From Patescibacteria group bacterium (GTDB lineage Bacteria; Patescibacteriota; Microgenomatia; UBA1400; PJMF01): DNA of 45,510 nucleotides. The stretch is from the NCBI GenBank assembly GCA_040879165.1, contig JBBDKV010000027.1, forward strand, positions 18,283 to 63,792, given 5' to 3'. Of the stretch, positions 1 through 9,180 are shown piece after piece. Each line of letters begins with the position of its first letter. Within the stretch, counting starts at the first letter, position 1. The translations under genes and the position numbers were made by a program. The notes under the pieces were generated by a model. The model had not been told where the DNA came from. It worked only from the letters and a program-made list of their open reading frames with translations, and did no database searches.

Positions 1-3000
1 TCACCACGAATGTCTGGTTGTGGGGCAATTAAAATTGGTGAGTAAGCGGGTGGGGGAGTGATGCGAAAGCGATATGATTCATTTTCAATACCCGGCTGTT
101 GCTGCTCAAAAAGTGCATAGGCGAATCGATCGCCGTCATGAGATTGACGCGGGGTGGTGAACCGCAATACAACGGGTAGGGTAGAGTCGACTGGAACTTC
201 GATATAAAAACCAACAACTTGTCTGTCGTGTTCTTGACTACTATCAAGATCAGCGCTTGTGAGCGTTTGTTCACCCACTTGCAGAGTGTCAATGACTGCG
301 TTTTTAGGAAGATAGAGGCGAACATACGATCGATAAGGACCTTTTGGCCAAGAATTTGTCTGAGCAGTGTTGGTGTAATTAATTGAGCGCTCATGAAGTA
401 CTGATTGTTGCTGCATGCTAACCACATGCTCAATAGCTCGTTCAAGATAAAAGTTGGCTTTATTAACGCCAACATTTGCTTCAAACTGTGCAACCACTTC
501 GATTTGGCAATGAGACTTACTCAGTTGAGTTGGACATTGTGGGTTGAGAATGCCGCCGGTCCAGCCCAGTCCCAGAAATGCTTCGCGCTCGCTAGCTCGT
601 TTGGGCACAAAGAGCATTGATTGCTCTTCAAAATTAACCCGCATCGCCTGAAGAATGAGGTGGGTTTTATCGACCGGGGTTTGCTGAATTTTTTGAAGCA
701 GTTTTTCAAAAACCAATTGTCTATAATCTTTTTTATCCGATTCATCAAGCAAAATTACTTCTGAATTAAATTCAATGCGCTCAGCAAGCGTGCGATGGGT
801 CACCACTTCTGAATACTCAGGCACATCGAGGGGCCCGAGATATTCGAGAAATCGAGCTAATCCCGCAACATCGATTGTCATCACGCCGTCGACATCCCGA
901 TTCTGACTTTTCTCCAAAAACCAAGTGATTTGCTCAGCCGTCTTGGGAAAGTGTGGATCCCAATTACTATCGTGAAATAACAACTGCTCCTCACCAAAAA
1001 ATCGACGAATCGCTTCTGGAGCCTCGACCGTTCCAGGCAAACCCCTGTCAACCTGATAATTATTGAGCACCTCATAGCCCACCAATCCATCCTGAGACAG
1101 CGTGATTAGGGCCACTGCTTCGATAAAGCCACCCGTTGGGCGAATTTCTTGATTATTTTGAAAGACTAAGGCATACGTTCGCTGCTCATTGGCTGCCAAT
1201 AGGTCTGGTAGCACCCCAGAAAGCTGCTGTAAAACTATCATACTACTCCTTCGCTCCTCGGCAACTTCGTTCACTTTTTCTAGTAATTGAGTTAATTCAC
1301 CATCCCCACCATCATCTTCGGACCACAAACCACTCATGGAAAATAAGTCGGTCAGTCGCTGGGTGTTTTCATGCGCCGTCACGCTGTCAATTGCCAAATT
1401 TGGGGCAACGGACGCAACCTGTGTGTCTTTAGAGATTAAAATAGAACCAACCAGATTTTGAGTCATTGAGCGCGATCGTTCAAAAACCTGATGCGATTGT
1501 TCGATCGCGTCCGCCAATAAGACCAGAGATTGCGCATCTTCAATCGCTGGCAAACTCAAAACAACACCATACGCATCTGCCTGTAGCGAAACGATGTTTT
1601 TGAGTGGACCAAAGCGTGGCTGCTCGGTGGTTTTTTGCTGGGCTGCCGAAACCACTAATTCAGCATTTTGCCTCACCTCTCGACCAAAAAGTGTCACAGA
1701 TGTCATAAAGACAATAATGAGAAACAAAATACCGAGCCCCATACCCGTAAAGGTAAGTCCGCCATAAAATAGCGCGGTTCGCTTTTTAGTTTTTTTTATA
1801 ATTTTATTTCGCTCTTTAGTCGCGGATTCAGTTCGAGTATGTTTGGTGGTTAAGTGAGAGGTAGAGAACAGCCGAACAACCTCCTGATTGAGATTAAAGG
1901 CATTTTCCGCCTTTTTAGCAGCTGGTTTTTCTATAGTTTTTTGCTCTGGTGCTACTTGTGGTTCAAGCTCCACCTGTGTTTCCTGAGCCGGTTGTGATTG
2001 TTGAGGGGACTGTGCCTCCCGTGCCGACTGCGCTTCCAATCCTGACTGTGACCGCTGAGAAGGACGTACCTCCCGCGCCACTTGTGGCTGCTGAGGTGGT
2101 GATTGAGCTTGGGTCTGATCTTGAGGAAACTGAGCTTTTTGAAGCGGTTGCGGCTCATGAGCAGTAGAAGGAATTTGAGCAGTAGCAAGAACTTGAGTAG
2201 CTTCTTGTTGACCTACCTGATTCGCCGACTGAGTCACATTTTGTACCGACTGAGCTATTTCCTGCGTCGAACTCTTATTCGCATCTTGTTCCAAGCCATT
2301 GTCCACATCTTGCACTCTGCCGTCCGAGGAAATCTGATCTACTTGATTATTCACTTGGTTGGCTGGGGGAGGCGAATTTTGTCGTAAAGCTGCTTGCCAA
2401 GAAAACTGGAATAGTGGTCTGTTGGGACTAGAAAAACTATCTACAAACTCATTGAGCGCTGGCTCCACCGCCTCAGCCACGATATTTTCGGTGGCAGAGA
2501 AGGGGATTGGACTCGCACTTAAACCATTGGTTGTTTGGAGAGAAATTGGCTCAAAATAGATTGACTGATATCGCTCCTTGATCAGCTGTGCAAGCACCTT
2601 TCCATCGAGAGCCTGTCCTCTAATCACGTAACTACCTCGGGAGGGTTGTAAAAAATAACCAACCACTCGCGCTAAACCCTGCTGCAGAGCAAATGGATAC
2701 CAAGTTGTTTTTGGCGCATACAGCTTTCCTGCTTGAATATCTTGAGATAAAAAAGAGGGGAGAGTAGTCTGAAATTGAGCGATGGGCGCAACAGCGTCTT
2801 GAAGAAAAATCCACTGCGAACCTGATAAATAGCGATTTAATACAGCAATTGTTGATTTTTGATTGTCGAGATAGGTGGAAAGGAAGGGAATTTCGCCTGG
2901 GAAATCTTCCACATACTGACTAATAACCGGCATAACGAGTGTTATTTTTTGCTGAAAAGATTCTAAAAAAGTTAGTGTTTTTTGTTGTTCTAACACACTG

Positions 3001-3215
3001 GTGTTTACAAACCACTCGGGGGAAATCAACCAACAAATTTTATAGACATCAGTAAAATCCTCTTCTGAAAAAGCCTGGTCGACTGCCGCGTCTAAAGACA
3101 GTCGCCGCAACTGCACCGACTTCCCCTGAATTTCTTTTTCCAGAGTAGAAACCACTCCTTCATTGTGGTGAAGGAGCAACACCGTCGGCTGGTCAGCAAT
3201 TAATTCTGTTCGCAT
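1..3215 (-). CDS. DUF4012 domain-containing membrane-anchored protein, >1071 aa, 3' end runs off the window
   Basis: Not in the ORF track because there is no stop in the window. Manual translation from ATG 3215 (MRTELIADQP...) stays open to base 1. It has a Q/P/S-rich linker, a basic patch plus TM helix (KKTKKRTALFYGGLTFTGMGLGILFLIIVFM), and DUF4012-type motifs RTYALVFQNNQEIRPTGGFI, HDSNWDPHFP, EANVGVNKAN and QQQPG. Confidence 0.85.
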   Translation of the reverse strand, partial: MRTELIADQPTVLLLHHNEGVVSTLEKEIQGKSVQLRRLSLDAAVDQAFSEEDFTDVYKICWLISPEWFVNTSVLEQQKTLTFLESFQQKITLVMPVISQYVEDFPGEIPFLSTYLDNQKSTIAVLNRYLSGSQWIFLQDAVAPIAQFQTTLPSFLSQDIQAGKLYAPKTTWYPFALQQGLARVVGYFLQPSRGSYVIRGQALDGKVLAQLIKERYQSIYFEPISLQTTNGLSASPIPFSATENIVAEAVEPALNEFVDSFSSPNRPLFQFSWQAALRQNSPPPANQVNNQVDQISSDGRVQDVDNGLEQDANKSSTQEIAQSVQNVTQSANQVGQQEATQVLATAQIPSTAHEPQPLQKAQFPQDQTQAQSPPQQPQVAREVRPSQRSQSGLEAQSAREAQSPQQSQPAQETQVELEPQVAPEQKTIEKPAAKKAENAFNLNQEVVRLFSTSHLTTKHTRTESATKERNKIIKKTKKRTALFYGGLTFTGMGLGILFLIIVFMTSVTLFGREVRQNAELVVSAAQQKTTEQPRFGPLKNIVSLQADAYGVVLSLPAIEDAQSLVLLADAIEQSHQVFERSRSMTQNLVGSILISKDTQVASVAPNLAIDSVTAHENTQRLTDLFSMSGLWSEDDGGDGELTQLLEKVNEVAEERRSSMIVLQQLSGVLPDLLAANEQRTYALVFQNNQEIRPTGGFIEAVALITLSQDGLVGYEVLNNYQVDRGLPGTVEAPEAIRRFFGEEQLLFHDSNWDPHFPKTAEQITWFLEKSQNRDVDGVMTIDVAGLARFLEYLGPLDVPEYSEVVTHRTLAERIEFNSEVILLDESDKKDYRQLVFEKLLQKIQQTPVDKTHLILQAMRVNFEEQSMLFVPKRASEREAFLGLGWTGGILNPQCPTQLSKSHCQIEVVAQFEANVGVNKANFYLERAIEHVVSMQQQSVLHERSINYTNTAQTNSWPKGPYRSYVRLYLPKNAVIDTLQVGEQTLTSADLDSSQEHDRQVVGFYIEVPVDSTLPVVLRFTTPRQSHDGDRFAYALFEQQQPGIENESYRFRITPPPAYSPILIAPQPDIRG

Positions 3216-3273
3216 ACGTAGGTTAAGTACATCTTAAAAAATTGGCTCTAAAAAAATAAGCAAGAAAAGTATA

Positions 3274-3363
3274 GCTTAGTCCTCGCTTAGCAATAGCGCG
3301 TCACCACCTTCATTGTAGGCAAGTTTGACGAGCAAGTATAGGTTTGACTGAACGAGGCGTAGC
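3274..3363. other. Rod-like imperfect hairpin with central asymmetric bubble (candidate structured RNA)
   Basis: CCTCGCTTAG (3281-3290) pairs with CTGAACGAGG (3348-3357); GCGCGTCA (3296-3303) pairs with TGACGAGC (3326-3333); intergenic. Confidence 0.25.
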
Positions 3364-3407
3364 GTCGTATTTTTATTGGCTTGAATTATTTTGAGTAATG
3401 AGGGGGA

Positions 3408-3818
3408 TTACGCAGCATCAAGCGCAGCGTTAACGAGAGAATCTGAAACAGCGTTTTCAGCTCGAGGAATATGGGAAATAGTGTGACTACAAGATAGTTT
3501 TGCCAATGACTTCCAAGCTTTCTCAGCAAGCGACTTCATTCGCGGCTCCTTAATTTTCCAGTGTTTTAGTAGCTGCTCAACCACCAACTTGGAGTCCAAC
3601 TGCCAACGCACTTCACTGACCTGATTACTCTGAGAAAACTCAACAAGCCAATCCACAGAGTGAATGAACGCCTGATATTCTGCCTCGTTATTGGTGGCTA
3701 CACCGATGGATTCTGCATGAGTATATAACTCCTTTCCTTGGCTAAACACAACAACACCTATTGCTGCTGCACCAGGGTTTCCTCGAGATCCGCCGTCGGT
3801 ATAAATTATTAGCTGCAT
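3408..3818 (-). CDS. rnhA: Ribonuclease HI family protein
   Basis: YTDGGSRGNPG, TNNEAEY, DSKLV and HIPRAENAVSD carry the RNase H acidic catalytic residues. Confidence 0.92.
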   Translation of the reverse strand: MQLIIYTDGGSRGNPGAAAIGVVVFSQGKELYTHAESIGVATNNEAEYQAFIHSVDWLVEFSQSNQVSEVRWQLDSKLVVEQLLKHWKIKEPRMKSLAEKAWKSLAKLSCSHTISHIPRAENAVSDSLVNAALDAA

Positions 3819-3822
3819 ACAA

Positions 3823-4308
3823 TTATTCTGTTTCTAGTGCTTCCGCAGTGTCCTTAAAGCGAATGGTTAATCGACGATCACGTCCTTCGCCAACCGATAC
3901 GCTCTCAAGAACTCCATCGGCATCCAACTCTCCAACTGCCGTATGAACAACAAACCGCTCATGCGCTGGCAAATATGAATGAAACACATGAGATTCTCCT
4001 GTTTCCAATACTCGCTCGACAATGGATTGTGTAATTTCACCCAGTCTCTCTGTTCGATCCTCGCGATATTGATTAATATTTACCACCAACCGCTTGTCTT
4101 TAAACTCTTCCTGAAACACCAATCGAGCAATTCGTTGAATTGCCTCAAGACTATCTCCATGATGTCCAATAAACCTCCCTGATTCCTGCTCAGGAATTTG
4201 CAAGGATACATAAAAGGTTCCGTCATCTTCTGACGTCGTCACTGAAACCTCACCACTCTCGACACCACAGTGTTCGGCAAGCTGTGATAAAAATGTTATT
4301 ATGTCCAT
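3823..4308 (-). CDS. jag: Jag/EloR (KhpB) RNA-binding protein, KH + R3H domains, lacking the N-terminal Jag domain
   Basis: KH GxxG motif FIGHHGDSLEAIQ, R3H motif ERFVVH, SVGEGRDRR; canonical position after yidC. Confidence 0.9.
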   Translation of the reverse strand: MDIITFLSQLAEHCGVESGEVSVTTSEDDGTFYVSLQIPEQESGRFIGHHGDSLEAIQRIARLVFQEEFKDKRLVVNINQYREDRTERLGEITQSIVERVLETGESHVFHSYLPAHERFVVHTAVGELDADGVLESVSVGEGRDRRLTIRFKDTAEALETE

Positions 4309-4335
4309 ACTTCCTTTCTAATACGAGTCATATGA

Positions 4336-5100
4336 TTATTTACTGCGTGACTGAAGGTATACAACGGCGCGCTTCGAATAGGTGGCAATACCACCCCATC
4401 CAGAAATTTTCCATTGCTGAAAGACGCTTGCAACCGTAGTGATCGTCCAATATAGCGCGAGTCCAGAAGGGAACTGCGCTGCCAAAATAACCGTCATGAC
4501 CGGCAAGATGTACAACATTTGTTGTTGCATTGAGGCGGCCATCTCAGCAAAGCCTTCTTCTTTTTTATTAGCTTCTTGGACGGCTTTCTTTTTACTCTTA
4601 TTGGGAATAATATCTCGCTTCTCACTTCCTGGAGCAATCATGATTGAGAGCACCATTTGCGAAGCTCCTGCTATTAGTGGCAGGACATATGTTGAGTCGG
4701 GGAGTCCAAGATTGAGATAGAAAAAGTGGGGATCAATGTTTACGCCATTAACCTCAGTTTGAGAGAGAAAGTCAATAAGCACTGTGTACAAAAGTATCAA
4801 CACCCCCAACTGCACAATTTGCGGCAAACAACCTGCGAGGGGATTAACATTATATTTCTTATACAATTCAAGCTGAGCTGCCTGGAGTTTTTCCTTGTTT
4901 TTACCGTGTTTTTCCTTCAGTTTTTTAATTTCTGGTTGCAACTCACGCATTCGATTGCTGGCGCGGAGTGAGGACATTGTGAGCGGGTAGAGGACTAAGC
5001 GAATTAGGAGGGTAAATAAAATAATCGCCCAACCCAAGTTTCCACTCATTTGGTAGAGAAAAACTAAAATCTCAGTGACTGCTCCCGTAACTGCTTCCAT
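4336..5100 (-). CDS. yidC: Membrane protein insertase YidC/Oxa1 (short, Gram-positive type)
   Basis: GWAIILFTLLIRLVLYPL, LQPEIKKLKEK, YNVNPLAGCLP, FPSGLALYW. Confidence 0.95.
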   Translation of the reverse strand: MEAVTGAVTEILVFLYQMSGNLGWAIILFTLLIRLVLYPLTMSSLRASNRMRELQPEIKKLKEKHGKNKEKLQAAQLELYKKYNVNPLAGCLPQIVQLGVLILLYTVLIDFLSQTEVNGVNIDPHFFYLNLGLPDSTYVLPLIAGASQMVLSIMIAPGSEKRDIIPNKSKKKAVQEANKKEEGFAEMAASMQQQMLYILPVMTVILAAQFPSGLALYWTITTVASVFQQWKISGWGGIATYSKRAVVYLQSRSK

Positions 5101-5161
5101 AATTACTTTCCTGTTTGTTTACGCATTGTATTGCGCCGACTAATAACCCAGACACCACTAT

Positions 5162-5359
5162 CTACCAACAACGCATTATTCGCCAAATACCCGACAGTCC
5201 ACCCAATATAATTCCTTTTTTGAGGATTTGGTCGTGCATATTTCTACCACAAGTGGGATTGTGTTTACAGTGGTGCATGTAGCCAAATACCGAAAAGAGA
5301 AGTTGCTTGCGTAGTTCATAGGAAAATACATATACTTTGGTAAAAACTGAGTCTTTCAT
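5162..5359 (-). CDS. yidD: Membrane protein insertion efficiency factor YidD (short, divergent)
   Basis: CKHNPTC and GIWRIMRC match the YidD three-Cys pattern; lies between rnpA and yidC. Confidence 0.8.
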   Translation of the reverse strand: MKDSVFTKVYVFSYELRKQLLFSVFGYMHHCKHNPTCGRNMHDQILKKGIILGGLSGIWRIMRCW

Positions 5360-5364
5360 GAGTA

Positions 5365-5697
5365 CTAATATTGTTGCACTATTCTGCGAAAAGTATTGAG
5401 CAACTGCTCTTCAAACCTATCTGCGACTAGTAGTTTTGGTTGAGTTATGATTATCGCTAATCCCACTTCAAATGTTTGTAACTCTTCCCAATTCTGCTCG
5501 AGTATTTGATATACTCGCCGCCGTATTGTATTGCGAAAGCTGGCTTTTGGCGCAACTTTTTTAGAAACTATTACCACGCACTGCGTGCTCCCCTGTGGTT
5601 GATAATATACTACACAACCAAATCCTTTTACTGAGGTTGCAGTTCTAAAAAAATCAGGATTCTTTCTGAGTGGTAGCTTGTGCTGTTTTTTCAGCAT
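5365..5697 (-). CDS. rnpA: Ribonuclease P protein component
   Basis: MLKKQHKL start, VIVSKKVAPKASFRNTIRRR (RNR motif); synteny with rpmH and yidD. Confidence 0.92.
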   Translation of the reverse strand: MLKKQHKLPLRKNPDFFRTATSVKGFGCVVYYQPQGSTQCVVIVSKKVAPKASFRNTIRRRVYQILEQNWEELQTFEVGLAIIITQPKLLVADRFEEQLLNTFRRIVQQY

Positions 5698-5748
5698 AAA
5701 CTTTTTTTTTAAGCTGCTAGCAATAAAAAGGTAAGAAAAACCAAACTA

Positions 5749-5901
5749 CTAGGCTCGAGCAACCACCACCGTGGCTTTACTCCTACCTTTTGCTCGGCGA
5801 CGTTTTAAAACGTTTCTTCCTGCAGCAGTCATCATTCTACTCAAAAAGCCATGCTTGCGAGCTCTACTTCGTTTTTTAGGACTCCATGTTCGTTTTGACA
5901 T
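5749..5901 (-). CDS. rpmH: 50S ribosomal protein L34 (50 aa)
   Basis: Below the ORF-track cutoff; manual translation [50 protein letters not shown]. Confidence 0.97.
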   Translation of the reverse strand: MSKRTWSPKKRSRARKHGFLSRMMTAAGRNVLKRRRAKGRSKATVVVARA

Positions 5902-5963
5902 AAGAACGGTAGTATACCAGACAATGCCGCAGAAGTCTTATTTTGTTTTTATGCTTAAAAAAA

Positions 5964-7088
5964 CTACTGATTTAATCGAAATGGCATAATTACGTATTGA
6001 TACCCAGGACTCTTTTCTGTGACCAACAGTGCTGGTTTCAACTCTCCACTGATTTTTAATCGAACCGTTTGAGATTTATAGAGCTGTAAAAAATCCAGAA
6101 CATACTTGGCATTAAAGGCTATCACACCCTTTTCACCAGAAAATGAATGATCTCCTATCTCACCCTCAAAAGAACCAATAGCCGGAGAGCTCGCGCTGAT
6201 TACCAATTGTTCGGAAGCATATGCAATTTGAATAATGCTCGAACTATCTCGGGCAAAAATCATCGCTCTCTTTACTTGATCAGCTAACACATCACTCTCA
6301 ACCGCTACTTCTGCAACAAATTCAGTGGGTAGGATTTGTGAATAGGGTGGAAACTCTCCCTCAATAAGCCGTGCAAATACCTCAACAGCTCCTATTGAAA
6401 AAAAGAGTTGTTTTAACTCGGTAGATACTGAACAGGAAATTTCTTCAACCTCAAGTTGTTCAGCGATATTTTTAACCTCTACCAAAACTTTTGCTGGAAC
6501 CAGGAGTGAAAATCCCTCACCCTCACCCGACTTTGGGGAGTTTTTAATCTCTAGTGTTTCTATCGCCAATCTAAATCCATCTGTAGCTACTGCCTTGAGT
6601 TGTTTATCTGAGAACTCCATTAAAACACTGGTTAGAACTGGCCTAGTCTGATCAGTTGAGGCGCTTGGAACTATGTTGGTTACAATTTTAGAAAGATCCT
6701 TTGTTAAAAGAGTAATCTCATTTCCTTCTACCTCTGGAAACGGCGGATATTCTTCACTATTTTGCGACTGAAGCGAAGCTTTTCCTGCCGAAGATTGAAT
6801 GCGAGCTGTTGATTCAGAGTGTTCTATTTTCATAGACCCGACTGGTAAAGAAAAAATAATATCCCGCAACTGCTTTCCTGGAAGAACGATTACTCCTTTT
6901 TCCTCTGTTGTGGTTGGAAAGGTGGTTCGAATGCCGAAATATAAGTCAGTAGCAGCAATTGTGGTTTTGTTTTCTCCTGCGGTTAGTAGGACTGAGGTTA
7001 AAATCGGCAGAGATGGGCGGGATGGAATCGCTTTTTGAACGTGCGCCAATGATTGTTTGAGATTTTCTTGTAAAACTGAAATTTTCAT
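5964..7088 (-). CDS. dnaN: DNA polymerase III beta sliding clamp
   Basis: Start reassigned to MKISVLQENL (7088); LPILTSVLL, ATDL, VATDGFRLA, RLIEGEFPPY, FNAKY, YVIMP. Confidence 0.97.
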   Translation of the reverse strand: MKISVLQENLKQSLAHVQKAIPSRPSLPILTSVLLTAGENKTTIAATDLYFGIRTTFPTTTEEKGVIVLPGKQLRDIIFSLPVGSMKIEHSESTARIQSSAGKASLQSQNSEEYPPFPEVEGNEITLLTKDLSKIVTNIVPSASTDQTRPVLTSVLMEFSDKQLKAVATDGFRLAIETLEIKNSPKSGEGEGFSLLVPAKVLVEVKNIAEQLEVEEISCSVSTELKQLFFSIGAVEVFARLIEGEFPPYSQILPTEFVAEVAVESDVLADQVKRAMIFARDSSSIIQIAYASEQLVISASSPAIGSFEGEIGDHSFSGEKGVIAFNAKYVLDFLQLYKSQTVRLKISGELKPALLVTEKSPGYQYVIMPFRLNQ

Positions 7089-7381
7089 ATCTCTTTTCTC
7101 TTTCTGGCTCTCTTTCTCTCTATAATAATAAATTAGTTGTAATAGTAGTAGGTGCAGATACAATCGTGGGTAAACGCGCTTCTGTAGTCTAGTGCGTAGG
7201 AGTGGATTGAGTGTGAACCAACCAGTCCTGTTGTTTGTTGATAAGAATTGTGAATCAGTTGTTAGTTTGTGTGGGAGTTTCTAAGCTTCTACACATTTTG
7301 CATTTTTACTTCACAACTGATCTACGCTCCGCTCACAAGTTATTGACAGACTTATCCACAATTGTGAATATATAACCAAGG
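7089..7381. other. oriC: Chromosomal replication origin (oriC) between dnaA and dnaN
   Basis: Perfect DnaA box TTATCCACA 7352-7360; near-consensus boxes at 7340-7348, 7363-7371, 7249-7257, 7236-7244 and 7165-7173; DnaA-trio run TAG TTG TAA TAG TAG TAG 7134-7151 next to an AT-rich tract 7121-7133. Confidence 0.85.
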
Positions 7382-8971
7382 TTATCGAGAAATAGCGCTC
7401 AGCGTTGTTCTCAGAGCAGAGATATCTTGTTGTAGCGAATCATCACTGGAGAGTGATATATCAACCTTTTTTACCGCATGAATAACGCTGGTATGATCTC
7501 TTCCGGCAAACCACCTACCAATTTCTGTGAGTGGGAGTGATAGTTCTTTTTTGAGTAAATACATACAGACATGTCGAGGTATGACAAGACTTTTAATACG
7601 ACTATGACCTTTAAGTGAGGATTGTTTGATTTTATAGTGATTGGCGACTGTTTTTATGACATCTCCAGGAGAAACTTTGATTTTGGGTCGTTTTGTTTCA
7701 ATTTCAACCCTCAGGATGTCCTCGATAAGCTCTGGCGTAATATCTCTCCCTTTTAATTCGACCTCGGAGCGAATGCTGGTGATAATGCCTTCGATTTTTC
7801 GCGCACTTTCAACTCGAGAGGAAATAAGTTTGGCAATATCGATGGTAATCGGCATTCCTTGAGCCTTGGCTTTGACGAGGACAATTGCCGTTCTCAGCTC
7901 AAAGCTGGGTTGTTGAATGTCGATCATCAAGCCCGCTTCAAAACGAGATCTTAGGCGGTCCTCAAGCAGGGTGATTTCATGGGGTGGTCTGTCAGAAGTC
8001 AGAACCACCTGACTGTTTTGTTTGGTGAGGGCGTTGAAGGTGTGAAAAAATTCTTCTTGCACTGCATTTTTGCCAGCTATAAACTGAACGTCGTCGATTA
8101 GCATTACGTGGCAGTTGCGATAGCGCTCCTTGAAGTTGCGCGCTTTTTTTGTCTGGATGGCGTGAACAATGTCATTAGTGAATTCCTCACCAGTGCAATA
8201 AATAATCCGCTGCATGGGATTTTGCTTCAGAATGTTGTGTCCAATGGCGTGCATGAGGTGGGTTTTTCCGACACCAACTCCGCCGTACAGGAATAGTGGG
8301 TTATATGACTGTCCGGGCCGATTTGAGACAGCTGTGGCGGCTGCGTGAGCCATTTCGTTGGTGGTGGACACGGCAAAGGTTTCAAAAGTGTAGTCTGTTC
8401 TTAGTCCAGTGCTACGGGCTTGCGATTCGTAGCGATCAACTGCGACGCTTGTTATAGTACTTTCGCTAAATAAGTCTTCGACGCGCGGCGATTGGTTGTT
8501 GGGCTGATGTTGGTAAAAGTCAAAAGCGCCGTGTCGCTGCTGATTAGACCGCGAAGCGGTGGTTTCGTCTGACTGATTTGAGTTTGTGTTTGTATTTGAA
8601 CCATGGTGTCTAGAAGGAGTGGTGTTACTACCAGTGCTTGTGTTGCTTGTTGGTGCTTTGGGTTGGCTAACAAAAGGATCACCCACCTGATATCGAACTT
8701 CACAAGTCTTATCGAGTACGTTGTCTAAAATCTGTTTGATCTGGACGTGAAGGTTTTTTTTGAGATTGGTGGAGTGAAAAGCTGTGGGGCTTGTGATAAT
8801 CACTTCGACTTTTTCAGGATTAAGGTGAGTTATTTGAGTGATTGGGTTAGAAAGAATCCAGGTGTTATATACAGCAGGACTCAGTTGTTCCTGAATATGA
8901 AGACAATATTGTTTCCAAATATTTTTAACTTCTTGATTATCAGACACCTGACTCATTTTTAGCCTATACAT
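7382..8971 (-). CDS. dnaA: Chromosomal replication initiator DnaA (alternative start 8956)
   Basis: YTFETF, YNPLFLYGGVGVGKTHLMHA (Walker A), LIDDVQF, QEEFFHTFN, RLRSRF, GRDHTSVIHA. Confidence 0.99.
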   Translation of the reverse strand: MYRLKMSQVSDNQEVKNIWKQYCLHIQEQLSPAVYNTWILSNPITQITHLNPEKVEVIITSPTAFHSTNLKKNLHVQIKQILDNVLDKTCEVRYQVGDPFVSQPKAPTSNTSTGSNTTPSRHHGSNTNTNSNQSDETTASRSNQQRHGAFDFYQHQPNNQSPRVEDLFSESTITSVAVDRYESQARSTGLRTDYTFETFAVSTTNEMAHAAATAVSNRPGQSYNPLFLYGGVGVGKTHLMHAIGHNILKQNPMQRIIYCTGEEFTNDIVHAIQTKKARNFKERYRNCHVMLIDDVQFIAGKNAVQEEFFHTFNALTKQNSQVVLTSDRPPHEITLLEDRLRSRFEAGLMIDIQQPSFELRTAIVLVKAKAQGMPITIDIAKLISSRVESARKIEGIITSIRSEVELKGRDITPELIEDILRVEIETKRPKIKVSPGDVIKTVANHYKIKQSSLKGHSRIKSLVIPRHVCMYLLKKELSLPLTEIGRWFAGRDHTSVIHAVKKVDISLSSDDSLQQDISALRTTLSAISR

Positions 8972-9020
8972 CGTACTAAATATTACTCATGCGTGAAAAT
9001 TGCTGTTGGGCAGTGCTTTA

Positions 9021-9050
9021 CTTATACACAAAGTTATTCACAAAAAGCAA
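9021..9050 (-). promoter_or_regulatory. Putative dnaA promoter overlapped by two DnaA boxes (autoregulation)
   Basis: TTATACACA 9022-9030 and TTATTCACA 9034-9042 both fit TTATNCACA; the minus strand reads TTGCTT-18 nt-TATAAG across them. Confidence 0.7.
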
Positions 9051-9124
9051 GCGGGAGTTTTTAGGATGGATTGGATTAATTGTTGGCTTTTGGTGGCTGT
9101 TGGTAGGAGCGAAAAACGCCCTAT

Positions 9125-9174
9125 ATCGTGCTCAATTTCAGATCGTGCTCAATTTCACTCGGCTGAGATTGAGC
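9125..9174. repeat. 16-bp tandem direct repeat plus an inverted partial copy
   Basis: ATCGTGCTCAATTTCA at 9125-9140 and 9142-9157; TGAGATTGAGC at 9164-9174 is a near reverse complement of GCTCAATTTCA. Confidence 0.85.
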
Positions 9175-9180
9175 GAGTGG

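Noticed and set aside
29-2814. Many short ORFs listed in the track between 29 and 2814
   Set aside because: They are alternate-frame or antisense shadows of the single long minus-strand DUF4012 frame (3215 to <1).
7089-7163. 25-aa N-terminal extension of DnaN
   Set aside because: It runs through the DnaA-trio/AT-rich origin sequence; DnaN homology starts at MKISV.
9125-9157. Possible CRISPR or iteron array
   Set aside because: Only two adjacent copies, no spacers, and no cas or rep gene.
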